The position numbers were made by a program, and so were the translations under genes. The notes below the pieces were generated by a model, which worked only from the letters and a program-made list of their open reading frames with translations, had not been told where the DNA came from and ran no database searches. This document shows positions 42,585-54,900 of a stretch of DNA of 64,000 nt, in pieces; the stretch's first letter is position 1, and the number at the start of each line of letters is the position of its first letter. The stretch lies in the NCBI RefSeq assembly GCF_009914755.1, contig NC_060933.1; one strand, written 5' to 3'. Source of the stretch: the human T2T-CHM13v2.0 reference genome, Homo sapiens.

Positions 42585-43640
42585 GAGTAATGTCAGCAAG
42601 ATAGCAAAATAGAAGATTCTCCAGCATTACTACACCCACAAAAGTACACTAGCAACTATTCAAAGACAAGAATATCACCCTGAATACACCAGAACTCTGA
42701 AGACAAGCAGAAAACCCCATGTGCACACAGAAATGAGAAAACCCATGACTGGTAAGAGGAATGGTCATTTTAGACCATTGATCCTGTCCCTGTCCCCCAA
42801 GCTAGCATAAGATCACTTGCAGAGAATTTCTCTAGATCTACAATTTCTCAGGTGAGAGGAAGAAATTGGAGGTTAGGCATTCAATCTCCCCACCAGTTTG
42901 TGAATATTTGTGGGGCACCCGATCCGATCCCATCCCGTGGAAGTACCAGGAGGGATAAAACCACTTGAGTTGAATTGGAGACAAGGGGTGAGGGCACTGA
43001 TCACAGAAATTGGTATGTGGATCTTGGCTGCTTCTCTGCATTCTGATCAGTAAGGATGCCACAGTGAAGTGATTGGCTGACACCACAGATGCTGCAGGGG
43101 GCACCATCTGTGAGAAGGCCTAAATTCCTGATTGGATTTCTCAGAAAACCCAGATGCTTTTGTGGAACATTTCCGTGATCTGGAAACAAGTTAAAGGTTG
43201 GCAATGGTGTTTGCTTAAGTCTTCCCCAGACCCAGAAACCACTGCAAGTCTGTATTTAAGTTCCAGTGCAGCATATAAGTTCTGATGATAACCGTTCCAA
43301 GCATACAACAGCAGGGCAGCAAGTTAGTTCTAGTGCAGGGCTTTAGTTCTGGTGCTCATTTTACTTCCTCCCCAGAATGAGAAGCAACAGCAGAGCAGCA
43401 ATTCAATATTATGTAGTACATGTCTAACACCACTAAAGAACATGTGAAAAAGCTGAAAGAGATAGCTGCTTCCCCAAATACATAGGCATAAACATAAAGA
43501 TGTAAAGATTGTGAAAACTCAGGAAAATATAACATCAAAAGAAACAAAGCACCAGTAATGGTCTTAGAAAAATTGAAGATCTTTGAAATGTATGACAAAG
43601 AATTCAGAGTAACTCTCTTAAAGAAGTTCGGATTCTTATA
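42585..43640 (+). mobile_element. Old L1 5' UTR and ORF1 start (L1M2/M3-like)
   Basis: 'atgtcagcaagatagcaaaatagaag' L1M-type 5' start; ORF1-like 'tgacaaagaattcagagtaactctcttaaagaagttc'. Confidence 0.7.
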
Positions 43641-46345
43641 TGGCATTTATGGACCTGCGCTGGGCCAGAAGGAAGCCCAGTGTCCTGAAGGGTGAGTCCC
43701 AAGCAAGGCAGCATTCACCACAAGCTGACTTAAAAGACCTTGGTCCTTAACGGAACATGGGTGGTAGTCTGGCAGTACTCCTTGTGGCCAAGGGTGGTGC
43801 TGGCTATGGAGTGAGGCACCTCTCCCTCTGGAAAGAGGAGGGAAGAGTGGGAAGGACAGTATCTTGTGGTTTGAGTACCAGCTGGGCCACAATACAATAG
43901 AATACCAGGTAGACATCTAAGGTTTTTGACTCTAGTTCCTGACTCCCAAATGCTAATTGTGGACCCACTGGAGTCTGCAGGACCTCACCACACTGAATGG
44001 AGTAGGACATGAGCCTGGCTGGCTTTCCCACCTGCTCTACCCCAACAGGCCTTGAGCAAACATAGGCAGTATCCAGGGAGTGGGTACAGCAGGCGTTGGG
44101 CAAGACCCAGCACTGTGCTGGGTTCAGGTCTGATCTAGCACAGTCATAGTGGTGGCCACAAGGGTGCTTGTGTAACTCCACTCCCAGCTTTAGGTGTCTC
44201 AGAACATGCATGTGTGTGCACACACACACACACAGAGAGAGAGAGACAGAGACAGAGACTGTATGTTTATGAGAAAGTAAGGGAAGAGAAAAAGAGTCTC
44301 TACCCGGTAATCTGAATAATTCTTCTAGAACTTGTCCAAGACCATCAAGGCAGTACCTCTATGAGTCTGCAAAAACCACAGTATTACTGGGCTTGGGGTG
44401 CACACTAAAGCAGAAACAGTTTAGATCACAACACCAAAGTCCTCTCAAATATCTAGAAAGCCTTCCTACCAAGGACTACTACAAATAAGCCCAGACAGTG
44501 AAGACCACAATAAATACCTAACTCTTCAAGATCCAGACACTGAAGAATACCTACTAGCATCAACAACATTCAGAAAAATATGACCTCACCAAATGAATTA
44601 AGTAAGTCACCAGGGACCAGTCCTGGAGAAACAGAGATATGTGACCTTTCAGAGAACTAAAAATAGCTGTGCTAAGAAAACTCAAAGAAATTCAAGATAA
44701 CCCAGAAAAGGAATTCAGAATTCAATGAGACAAGTTTAACAAAGAGATTGAAATAATTACAAAGAATTAAGCAGAAATTTTGAAGCTGAAAAATGCAATT
44801 GGTGTACTGAAGACTGCATCAGAATCCTTTAATATCAGAATGGATCAAGCAGAAGAAAGAAGTATTAAGCTTGAAGACAGGCTATTTGAAAATACAGTCA
44901 GAAAAGACAAAAGAAAAAAAGAATTTAAAAATTAAACATGCTATAGGATCTAGAAAATAGCCTCAAAAGGGCATATCTAACCATTATTGGCCTTTATGAG
45001 GAGGTAGAGAAAGAGATAGGATCAGACAATATGGATTTTAAGAGAAAAACTATAAGAAGAGGCAAAGAAGTTCACCATATAAAAATAAAGAGGTCAATCC
45101 CACAAGAGGATATAACAACTTTATAAATGTATGCACCCAACACTTGAGCACCTAGATATATAAAGGAAATAGTATTAGAGCTAAAGAGAGAGAGAGATAG
45201 GCCCCAATACAATAATAATGGGAGACTTCGACACCCCACCTTCAGCATTGCAGAGATCTTCCAGACAGAAAATCAACAAAGATACACACATTTAATTCAC
45301 ACTATAAATCAAATGAATCTAATAGATGTTTACAGAACATTTCATCAAAGAACTGCAAATACACATTGTTTTCCTCAGCACATAGATAATTCTCAAAGAT
45401 ACATGAGACATTAAGTCACAAAACAAGTCTTGAAACATTCAAAGAAGTTCAAATAATATCAAGCAACTTCTCTGATCACAATGGAATAAAACTAGAAATT
45501 GAAAACAAGAGGAATTTTGGAAATTATATGAATACATCAAAAATAAACAATATGCTTCTTAATGACCAGTGGGTCAATGAAGAAATTAAGAAGGAAATTG
45601 AACAATTTCTTGAAATATATAATAATGGAAATACAACATACCAAAACCTATGGGATACAGCAAAAGTAGTACTAAGAGGCAAGTTTATAGCTGTAAGTGC
45701 TTGTATCAGAAAAATGAAAAATTTCAAATTAGCAAGTCAATTATGCATCTTAAAGAACTAGAAAAGCAAGAGCAAGCCAAACCCAGAATTATTAGAAGAA
45801 TAGAAATAATAAAGATCAAAGCAGAAATAAATGAAATTGAAATAAAAAGTGATACGAAGATCAATGAAACAAAGTTGGCTTTTTGAAAAGCTAAACGAAA
45901 TTGGCAAGCCTTTAGCTAGACCAAGAAAAAAAAGAGAGATGATCCCAATTAATAAAATCAGAAATGAAAAAAGACATTACAGCTGATATTACAAAAATTC
46001 AAAGGATCATTTGCGGCTACTATGAGCAACTATATGCCAATAAATTGGAAAATCTAGAAGAAATGGACAAATTTCTAGATACATACAATCTACCAAAATT
46101 GAACTAGAATCAAATCCAAAATCTGAGCAGAATAATAACAAGTAGTGAGATTAGAGCTATAATAAAAGTATCTCAGTAGAGCCCAGGATCTGATGGATTC
46201 ATTGTTGAATTCCAAACATTTAAATAAAAACTAATACCAATCCTACTCAAACTATTGTGTAAAACAGAGGAGGAGAGAATACTTCCAAACTCACTCTACA
46301 GGACCCGTATTACCCTGATACTAAAACTAGACAAAGACATATCAC
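43641..46345 (+). mobile_element. L1M1/L1MA-like 5' UTR, ORF1 and ORF2 endonuclease-to-RT region with internal deletion
   Basis: 5' UTR 'gaagggtgagtcccaagcaaggcagcattcaccacaagctgact'; ORF1 at ~44580-45020; EN 'tatgcacccaacac', 'ggagacttcgacacccc'; ORF 45528-45761 '[18 protein letters not shown]…[19 protein letters not shown]'. Confidence 0.9.
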
Positions 46346-46375
46346 AACAAACAAACAAATATATAGATAGATAGA

Positions 46376-46818
46376 TACAATTATTATGTACTATAGTTAA
46401 CCTCTTGTGCTATCAAATAGCAGGTCTTAATCATTCTTTTTAACTACTTTTTTGTGCCCATCATCCATCTCACCTCCCCCTCACTCTCACCCCTCCAATA
46501 ACCTTCTCAGTCTTTGGTAGCCATCCTTCTACTGTGTCCATGAGTTCAATTATTTTGACATTTAGATTTCACAAATAAGTGAGAAGCTGTGGTATTTTTC
46601 TTTCTCTGCCTGGCTTATATCACTTAACATAATGATCTCTTTTTCCATCCATGTTGCTGTAAACTACTGGATCTCATTCTTTTTTATAGCTGAATAGCAC
46701 TCCATTGTGTATATGTTCCACATTTTCTTTATCCACTCATTTATTGATGAACACTGAGGTTGCTTTTGAATCTTAGCTATTGTAAACAGTGATGCAACAA
46801 ATGTAGAAGTGCAGATAC
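46376..46818 (-). mobile_element. L1MA2/3-like 3' end, inverted relative to neighbouring L1
   Basis: 'ccatccttctactgtgtccatgagttcaatt…cacaaataagtgagaa…ctggatctcattc'. Confidence 0.87.
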
Positions 46819-47739
46819 AAATAACAAGCAGGAATATGACCAAATGTTTAACATCACTAATCGTCAGGGAAATTTAAATCAAAGACACAATGAGATATCA
46901 ACCTACCTCAGTTAGAATAGCCATTATCAAAAAGACAGAAAATTGCAAATGCTGTGAGGATAAGGAGAACAGGGAATGCTTGTACACTGTTGGAAGGAAT
47001 GTAAATTAATATAGCCATTATGGAAAACAGTATGAAAGTTTCTTAAAATACTTAAAATAGAGCTACTACATTATCCAGTAATGCCAATGCTTGGAATGCA
47101 TTCAAAAGAATTGAAATCAGTATTTAGAGGAGATATCTGCATTCCTATGTTTATTGCAGTACTACTATCAGTAGTGAAAGATAGAATCAACATACATGTA
47201 CATCAACTGATGGATGGATAAAATGTGGTATATATATAAAATGGAATACTGATCAGCCTTAAAATAGAATGAAATGCTGTCATTCATGGTGAGGTGGACG
47301 AACCTGGAGACGTAATATTCAGTGAAATAAGCCAGACACAGAAAGACAAATACTGCATGCTCTCACCTAGATGTGGAACCTAAAAACATTCATTTTATAG
47401 AAGTAGAGAGTAAAATAGTAGCTTCCCCAGGTTAAGGAAGGAAGGATGGGGAGAGGTTGGTCAAAGGGTACAAAGTTACAGTTAGATAGGAAGAATAAAC
47501 TCTGGAGTTCTACTACATAGTAGGGTGACTGTACCCAATAACAATCTACTACATATTTCAAGACAGCTAGAAAAAGAGGATGTTGAAAGTTATTATCACA
47601 CAGAAATGGTAAAGTTAGAGGTGATGGATACGCTCACTACCTTGATTTAATCATCATGCAATGTATACATGTATTTAGACATCACACTGTATCCCGTACA
47701 CATGTACAGCTATGCGTCAATTATAAGCTAAATAAAAAA
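46819..47739 (+). mobile_element. L1MA-type ORF2 end, 3' UTR and A tail
   Basis: 'gttagaatagccattatcaaaaagaca', 'gtgaaataagccagacacagaaagacaaatactgcatg', 'aataaaaaa'. Confidence 0.9.
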
Positions 47740-49501
47740 GTACACTAATATTTTAAATGCATTCCTACTAGTACTGTTAAATAGAAGAGGAATTGTATAA
47801 AAATTTAATATCCTTGAAACATAAGTAAACTTATCTAAACCTACAGATGATTTTAGAAATATCATCAAATTGAAAAAGCATTTTAAATTATGTACCTTTC
47901 TTTGAATTATAGATACCATTTGTATCTTTAAAACATTGTTCTAATGTATCATAATTTTTGCTTGTATAATTTCTTGATTTCTTATCATTTGTCATTTCTA
48001 ATAATAGGTAATTTTTTTCACTTGTGCACCTTGCATTTATTCTCTTTCTTCAAATCCATTTTTCATGATTTTGCTAAAATTATCTTTTTATATTTTATTT
48101 TTTTTCTGGACATAAAGTGATATGTGCTTGTTGACCTGGAAAAGCTGAATAGCAGAATGCTGCTAATAATAAATTTTACAATTTACAGATTATGGAATGT
48201 CAATACTAAATTATGATAGAAATTCATGAGGACTAGATGGACATATCTCAACCATAATAAAATGCGAGTGATAATTTTTGGACAGTGAGCACTTATATTT
48301 TCAGTTTGATCAGAAAGTTTACTCTATATTAGATCACATTTTTAAAAGTATCTAGGTAAAGATGCTTGAAGTTTTCAAAAGCAAACAAAACAAAACAAAA
48401 CTCCTGGACATATTTTATCATTTTTCACTGTTCGATCCATATTCTCCCACTGACAATTCTCTCTAGGAAGTTAGTTCCTTTGGTGTGCAATTATTCTCCA
48501 ATATGCAGCTTAAGCCTTGTATATGTTGTGACTAACAAAGGAAAACTAGGCAGGCTCCTGGTTGTGCCTGCCTTTCAGCTAATTCTCTTGCCAGTTATTC
48601 ATGAGATCATCTGTTGCTCTTAACTTGAATTACTCTGAAGTAATAGTTTTGACATCTCTGCCATTATTTCATTTTACTGTATTTCAGTGATTTGAATATA
48701 GTCTGAGGCCATTCAGGAACAGAAAGGTAACTAGATTCATTTTATTAACCCAAAAGATTATGTTGTTGCAGTATGGTTTATTTAAAAAATACTTCCTCCT
48801 CCTGCTGCTCTGAAATTAAAATATTAAAAATAATTTCCTACACATGTCTATAACTCTCGGGACTCACAATTCTATTCCATCGCACAGCCTACTCATCTGT
48901 GTTCCAGAACCAAAATCTTTTCATTATTATACTGTTGCAATATTTTATTTCTTTGTGGAATGAGTTTCTTTTGATAGAACTTTTCTTGGCCCAAAATGAT
49001 TGTAGTCAAAGGTTTATTCTTCTTGCTGAATCTAAAATTATTTTCAAGTTTTATAAAATATATATTATTATATCAGAATTGGATTCACTTATCAATTAGA
49101 TTCGTGTACACAGAATTGACATCTTGTTGAATTTCTCATTAGGCAATATGATAATTTAATCAATCAGATCCTATTTGTGGCTATAAAGAAGTGGTGTAGC
49201 TCCCTTTATACAGGTGATTCAAGGTACTTGTTAGTTTTTATGATGATGTTTATTAGAGTTATTTTTATTATAAATTGGGTCTTACTTTTGCTTGCATTTT
49301 CTATAAGATAATTTAGATGTATAAGAAAACTGTAGATTGTGTACATTTATTTTGTAACTACTCATTTCGCTTTTATGTCTGATAGTGTAACTTAAAGCAG
49401 ATAATGTTATCATCTTCAAGTCATAATTATAATGCCATTTCTTGTAAATTATAGGTCATTACTTTTCATAATTTATTGTATTATCTGGAGCATAAATTTA
49501 T

Positions 49502-49926
49502 AAATTATGGTGATGATAGTGAACGTATTTAAATGGAATTTTTGTTTCACTCAAAGGTTTTGATTTTATAATTTTATTTTTAAACGAATTAAGTTTTACT
49601 GCTCTTAAGTTTTAAAATTAATTATGTTTAAATGGAAAATTATATTTACATATTAAATGGAAAATAAAATTCATATTACTGCATTATCATTTAATATTCA
49701 TTTTTCTATGGCTCCTCTTCATATAATAGATGCTATGGTTTTCCACACCTTTTCAATACTTACCTTTAGCACTAATATTTTTGTTAAAAAGTTATTTTCT
49801 TCTTACTCAAAAGTAGATCTAGACTTAAGTATACTTCTCCATAGTCTCCTGACTCTTAAGCAGTATTCTTAACTTTTGTGACTGCTATTCCTCTTCTCTC
49901 AGCAAGAGACCAAGCAAGACATTTGA
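49502..49926 (+). repeat. Local duplication, copy A (~425 bp)
   Basis: Collinear with 51481-52035 from 'atgg(t/c)gatgatagtgaac' to 'agacatttga'. Confidence 0.95.
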
Positions 49927-50482
49927 GAGACGAGGCACATACAATTTTTATTTACTCAGAACACCGCCAATAAATGATGTTTTTATAACTCTCCAAAGAT
50001 TTTAAACTAAAAATTGTAGTTTTCATTATATTCAGAAATGACCTGTCATAGTGAATTTTTCAATAATTATATGTCTCCCTAGGTTTATTGCTATTTGAAT
50101 AACCCCTATTCCTATTATCTCTTTTCATTGTTCAAATTACCTTTGTACATTGTGATCAAGTTATCAGGTGACAAATCCCGCATTATAATTATAATAATAT
50201 GCATAAATATTTAGCTTTGTATTTATTTTACTCTTTCTTATTTGTAATATCTCAAGGGCCTTCAAATTTTAGACCAAAAGTCAATCAAAGTGTTTTCCTA
50301 AAATTTATGTTTCTGCTTTCCTCCCTATTTAGTTTAAGAATATATAAGGAAGAATAACAGTTTAACATAATTTCCAAAACTTCATGCCTGTATTGCTGGA
50401 TTAAATCCAGTTTTTCAAATAGAAATGAGAATATTTTGCCTAATATTTATAGGTTGGTCTTTCAAAAATCTTTATTTACAAG

Positions 50483-50925
50483 TATAAATAAAAATTCTCT
50501 GAAAAATAATTTAAAGAAAAGAGATTAGATGGAGCAGTTTGCAAACCAGGGAGATGCAGCCTTTGGTGTAAAATGAGGTGTGTTCCAGACAATAAAGGAA
50601 GATTTATCATTTATAGAGGAAGTTCTGGCCCAGGGTTCCCACTTAAGGCCTGCTTATGCAAATGAAGGATTCAAACTTACTTAGTTCTAATTGGATAATG
50701 CTTGCTGAGTTCTGATTTTAGACAAAGATCACAGTGTACTGGTTGGTTTAGGTGGCATAAACAGGAACAGGTAGCTAAGAAATCCCAAAATTAAGGACAC
50801 ATGGGTTTTCCAGTACCTCAAGGTGTGTGTGTGTGACCTCTAATCAGTAAATGGCCACTTAGGTCCAGTTTGAATCTAGGCCACTCAAGATTCATCTTGA
50901 GAGATTGGCTCCCTCAGCGTTCACA
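50483..50925 (-). mobile_element. ERV1 solo LTR, MER31/MER67-like
   Basis: Reverse complement starts 'tgtgaacgctgagggagccaatctctcaagatg…ggccatttactgattagaggtcacac'. Confidence 0.78.
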
Positions 50926-51102
50926 CAAATAAAATGAGAAGATAGCTTTTATTTTCACCACTAAGTTTAAAATAATAAGCCAGATAAATGTTTCATAAAA
51001 TAATTTTGAAGCATTTTCTCCAGGAGCTTGAAAGTTTTATATTAAATAAGAATTTGTTCTTTCTCACTTGTTCAGTGGAGTTAATTTTTCAAGCTATGAA
51101 AA

Positions 51103-51480
51103 ATGCAGTGGCTCATGCCTGTAATCCCAGCACTTTGGGAAGCCAAGGCAGGTGGATTGATTGAGCTCAGAAGTTCAGACCAGCCTGGGCAACATGGTGA
51201 AACCCTGTCTCTACAAGAAATACAAAAATTAGCCGGGCAGTGGTGGCACCGGCCTGTAGTCCCAGCTACTCACGAGGCTGAAACAGGAGAACACTTGAGC
51301 CGGGAAGGCAGAGGAGGTTGCAGTGAGCAGAGATGGTGCCACTGCACTAAAGCCTCGGCGATGGGAGTGAAATATACTCACTCACTCACTCACTCTCTTT
51401 CTCTCTCTCTCTCTGTCTCCCTCTGCCTCTGTCTCTCTGTCTCTCTCTTTCTCTCTCTCTCCATATATATACATATAAAA
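51103..51480 (+). mobile_element. Alu (J/S) with (ACTC)n/(CT)n expansion before the A tail
   Basis: Alu body at 51103-~51372 lacking its first few bases; pyrimidine-rich tract at ~51376-51462. Confidence 0.93.
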
Positions 51481-52035
51481 AAATGATGGCGATGATAGTG
51501 AACATATTTAAATGAAATTTTTGTTTCACTCAAAAGTTTTGATTTCAAAATTTTATTTTTAAACAAATTAAGCTTTTCTGCCCTTAAGTTTTAAAATTAT
51601 GTTTAAATGGAAAGTTATATTAATGTAATTTTTGATATTACTGAGTCATCCTTTGGTATTCATTTTTCTATGGCTCTTATTCATATAATAGATGCTATAG
51701 CTTTCCACACCCTTTCAATATTTACCTTTGGCACTAATATTTGTGTTAAAAAGTTCTTTTCTTCTTACTCAAAAGTTGATCTAGAAATAAGTATACTTCT
51801 CCATAGTCTCCTGACTCTTTTATTATTATTATTATTATTATGTTACTTTAAGTTTTAGGGTACATGTGCACAATGTGCAGGTTAGTTACATATGTATACA
51901 TGTGCCGTGCTGGTGTGCTGCACCCACCAACTCGTCATTTAGCATTAGGTATATCTCCTGACTCTTAAGCAGTTTTCTTAAATTTTGTGACTGCTATTTC
52001 TCTTCTCTCAGCATGAGACAAAGCCAGACATTTGA
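51481..52035 (+). repeat. Local duplication, copy B (contains an L1 insert)
   Basis: Matches 49502-49926 on both sides of the L1 insert. Confidence 0.95.
51820..51953 (-). mobile_element. Very short L1PA3/4-like 3' end with 13 bp TSD
   Basis: (TTA)n tail, then 'actttaagttttagggtacatgtgcacaatgtgcagg…tcgtcatttagcattaggtata'; TSD tctcctgactctt at 51807-51819 and 51954-51966. Confidence 0.96.
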
Positions 52036-52454
52036 TATATGTATATAAATATATCAAACTAAATTCAAAGACGATATTTACTCTAAAATATTGATTTCTG
52101 CACCTACTTTTCCAACTCATTTTCCTTAAACAATTATTGCTTGTTTTAGACTTCAGTTTATCTGCTCATGCTCTAGAAAGTGCTGGGAATGCCTGCAGGC
52201 TTGGTTAGGGTCTCAATCCTTTGTCTTCTAGAATATTCTTATTATAACATCTGTCATATTTCATTTTCATTGCTATTTAACTGTTTTTATTTCCTACCAT
52301 CATATCTTAAGCTCCTTGAGAGAAATAACTAGTTTGTATTTATCATAGTCTCCTGAAAGCTTGACATTAGATAAATGCTGAATGAATTAGAGGAATAAAT
52401 TGTTGCATTGACAGAATTACTTTTTAAAGACTTTTTCAGATAAAATTATCCTGT

Positions 52455-52889
52455 TGTGGTAGCCATGGAGATGCAACACTTGGAGTGCCCTTCAAGATAG
52501 AAATTCCTGATTAGCTGGGAAGAATGCAGTTTGCTGACTGGCTCCATCCTTCCGGGTAAGCTCCAGTTTATGAGCTGAAAACAATTCCTTTATTGGCAGG
52601 CTCCAGCCAAGTGTTGGCATGCAATGTGGGCATCCTTTAATGGGCCATCTTTGATCCAGGGCTCTCATTGTGTTATCTGCTACTCTTTCACATCTGTATC
52701 ATGGTATGAAGCCCTGCCCAATCCTGCTCCATGTCCCTTTGCTTTCACAGGTTTCTGAGAGGATAGAGGATTTATCCTGCTCAATTCTGCTTCCTTCCGC
52801 ATTTATCTTTCACTGGTGTTATTCCCAAATAAATTGTTTATACTGCTACCTCCTACTCAGCATCTGCTTCCTGTTGGACTGACTGAACA
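52455..52889 (+). mobile_element. ERVL solo LTR, LTR16A-like
   Basis: 'tgtggtagccatggagatgc…cccttcaaga', 'ctgcccaatcctgct', 'aataaa…ctcagcatctgcttcc'. Confidence 0.78.
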
Positions 52890-53989
52890 CCACTACTGAT
52901 GTAAAAGATAATTTAAAACTCTGAATCACACAAGAACACAAAGCATTTTTAAGCCTGAAATGAATTCAGATGGCTGCTAAATGCTCAGCTTTGAATTGAT
53001 AACCATCATTCACTTGTCACTCCTTAGTGAGATTTATGCTTAAAGCTTCATATGTTTAGAGTTTTAGTCTTGTTTATTTTCTTCAATATTGGTTTTCTAG
53101 TAGACGTAACAGTTATTTCCACTCTTCTATTTATTTAAGAGCAATATTTTTATTATTTTAGCATGGATGTATTATTATGTTGTTCTAACTCTAATCTTAG
53201 AGCCCTTCTGTGAAATATGTGTAGTGTCACTTTAAAGTTATATTTTAATTTCTCAGCAACATTAAAAATTGCTCTATTATTACAGCTATAATTCTTGTGT
53301 TCCTGTTTTGCAGACAATTTCACTACACAGGTCAAACTTAGTCCTTAACTGTAGTCTCTATAATTGGATCCATTCTTATTGCAAACTCAAAAAATGAAAG
53401 TTCTAAAGCACAAGTCACTTAACTCTCTAAGACACAGTGATTTTGGAGACAAAATCCAAAGCAATTAAATAAACTATTGCAAAGTTGTTGTTTAGCATAC
53501 CATTAAGGTCTTTTGTAATGTGAAGATGTAGCATCTGTTCCTTTCCTCTTTCTCTTCTCTCTTCTCTTTGCCTTTTTCCCTTCTTGAAAAATTTAGTTTG
53601 ATAACCTTTAAGTTAGAGTTTCACATGAAGAATGGTGGAAGTCTTGGTGGCCTACAATAGAATATCAGAGCCTATGTAAATTGAAGATGTCCATGTGGTG
53701 GGAGGTGAGATGTGATGCTGAACTGGTACAGCATCAAAGCCTGACTCTAGAGAGATGCCATTCATGCAGAAGAAAGCCCAAGGAAGAATGTTAACTTGAG
53801 TGGTAAGAAGTAATGTCCTATGTATGGCACTATTCCTCATAAAGTGTTCAAACACGAGTGTGTTGAAGAGGATGTCTGCCTGTGTGTATGAGGATTGGAG
53901 GAAGTCATAGCAAAGAAGGATCAGTTTCATACAAAGGGATTGAAACTGTGTGTGTGTGTGTCTGTGTAATAATGGGAATCACTTTCTAT

Positions 53990-54900
53990 CAGAGAAAGGA
54001 ATTACAAATATGAAAAGGGAGAAAATAAAAATGAACTGTGCATGATTGGATTTGGAGTTTGAGTTTTGGTATGAATTCATGGTATTGCATATGCAGATGA
54101 ATGATAGACACATGGTAGATAGACACATGACAGATAGGTAGAAAAAAACACAGATGTAAATGCATAAATCTGTACACAGACACATGCAAACATACATACA
54201 TACATACATACATACATACATACATACATACATACATACCCTAGCTGCGTCCACTAAGAGACCATTGGAGCTGTGGCACCTCAATAGTAACAAACAATTA
54301 TTATGCAAAGATCTTACTTTTGAATTACCACTCTCCACCAGAAGAAACTAAGGCTCATGAGAGAAATGGCTATTTTCAGCACTATGGATGTTAAATGACA
54401 AGATGAGACTGAAATTTAGGGCTGTACCAGGAAACTTAGAAAGGTTTAAAAACTAATGGAAACATATAAAAAGGGATACAGAAGCCAGCTGAAAGCTGGT
54501 CCAACTGGCAAAGTTATGTGTGAAAATAAGTTATGATAATAGAAGTTTATAATTACTTGAATAATGTGAAAATCTGTAAGTCCATACTTATGTAAAATAT
54601 AAATAATTTGAAAGCTTAATGAAAATATAAAAATATGTTTTATGAAAAATATTTATATAGTCTAAAATACATTGTATACTTGTATCAAAATATCAAATGT
54701 ATACCCTTTATGTGTACAATTTTGTAAAAATAATTAAAAAATAAAATAAAATATATTTTTCTACAAAAAAAGAGAAACAAAGTACCTTTACAATGGGAGT
54801 CCTGTGAGATACCACGTTAATCAAGAGAGCTATGTAATGGAGAAATTAAAATTGTACATCATATGATAGGAAATGTAAGAGGAAAAAATAATGTTATAAA
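53990..54900 (+). mobile_element. L1MC-type 3' UTR
   Basis: 'ccctagctgcgtccactaagag', 'accactctccaccagaagaaactaaggctc…gagaaatggctatttt'. Confidence 0.7.
54190..54239. repeat. (CATA)n tetranucleotide microsatellite
   Basis: About 12 perfect ACAT units. Confidence 0.97.

Noticed and set aside
49657-51858. Two similar ORFs (49657-49872 and 51607-51858) resembling paralogous small genes
   Set aside because: Both fall in the duplicated AT-rich segment. They show no recognisable domain, promoter or splice structure, so the similarity just reflects the DNA duplication.
53979-54351. ORFs with MYVC/YIHT repeats
   Set aside because: They are translations of the (CATA)n microsatellite inside an L1MC 3' UTR.
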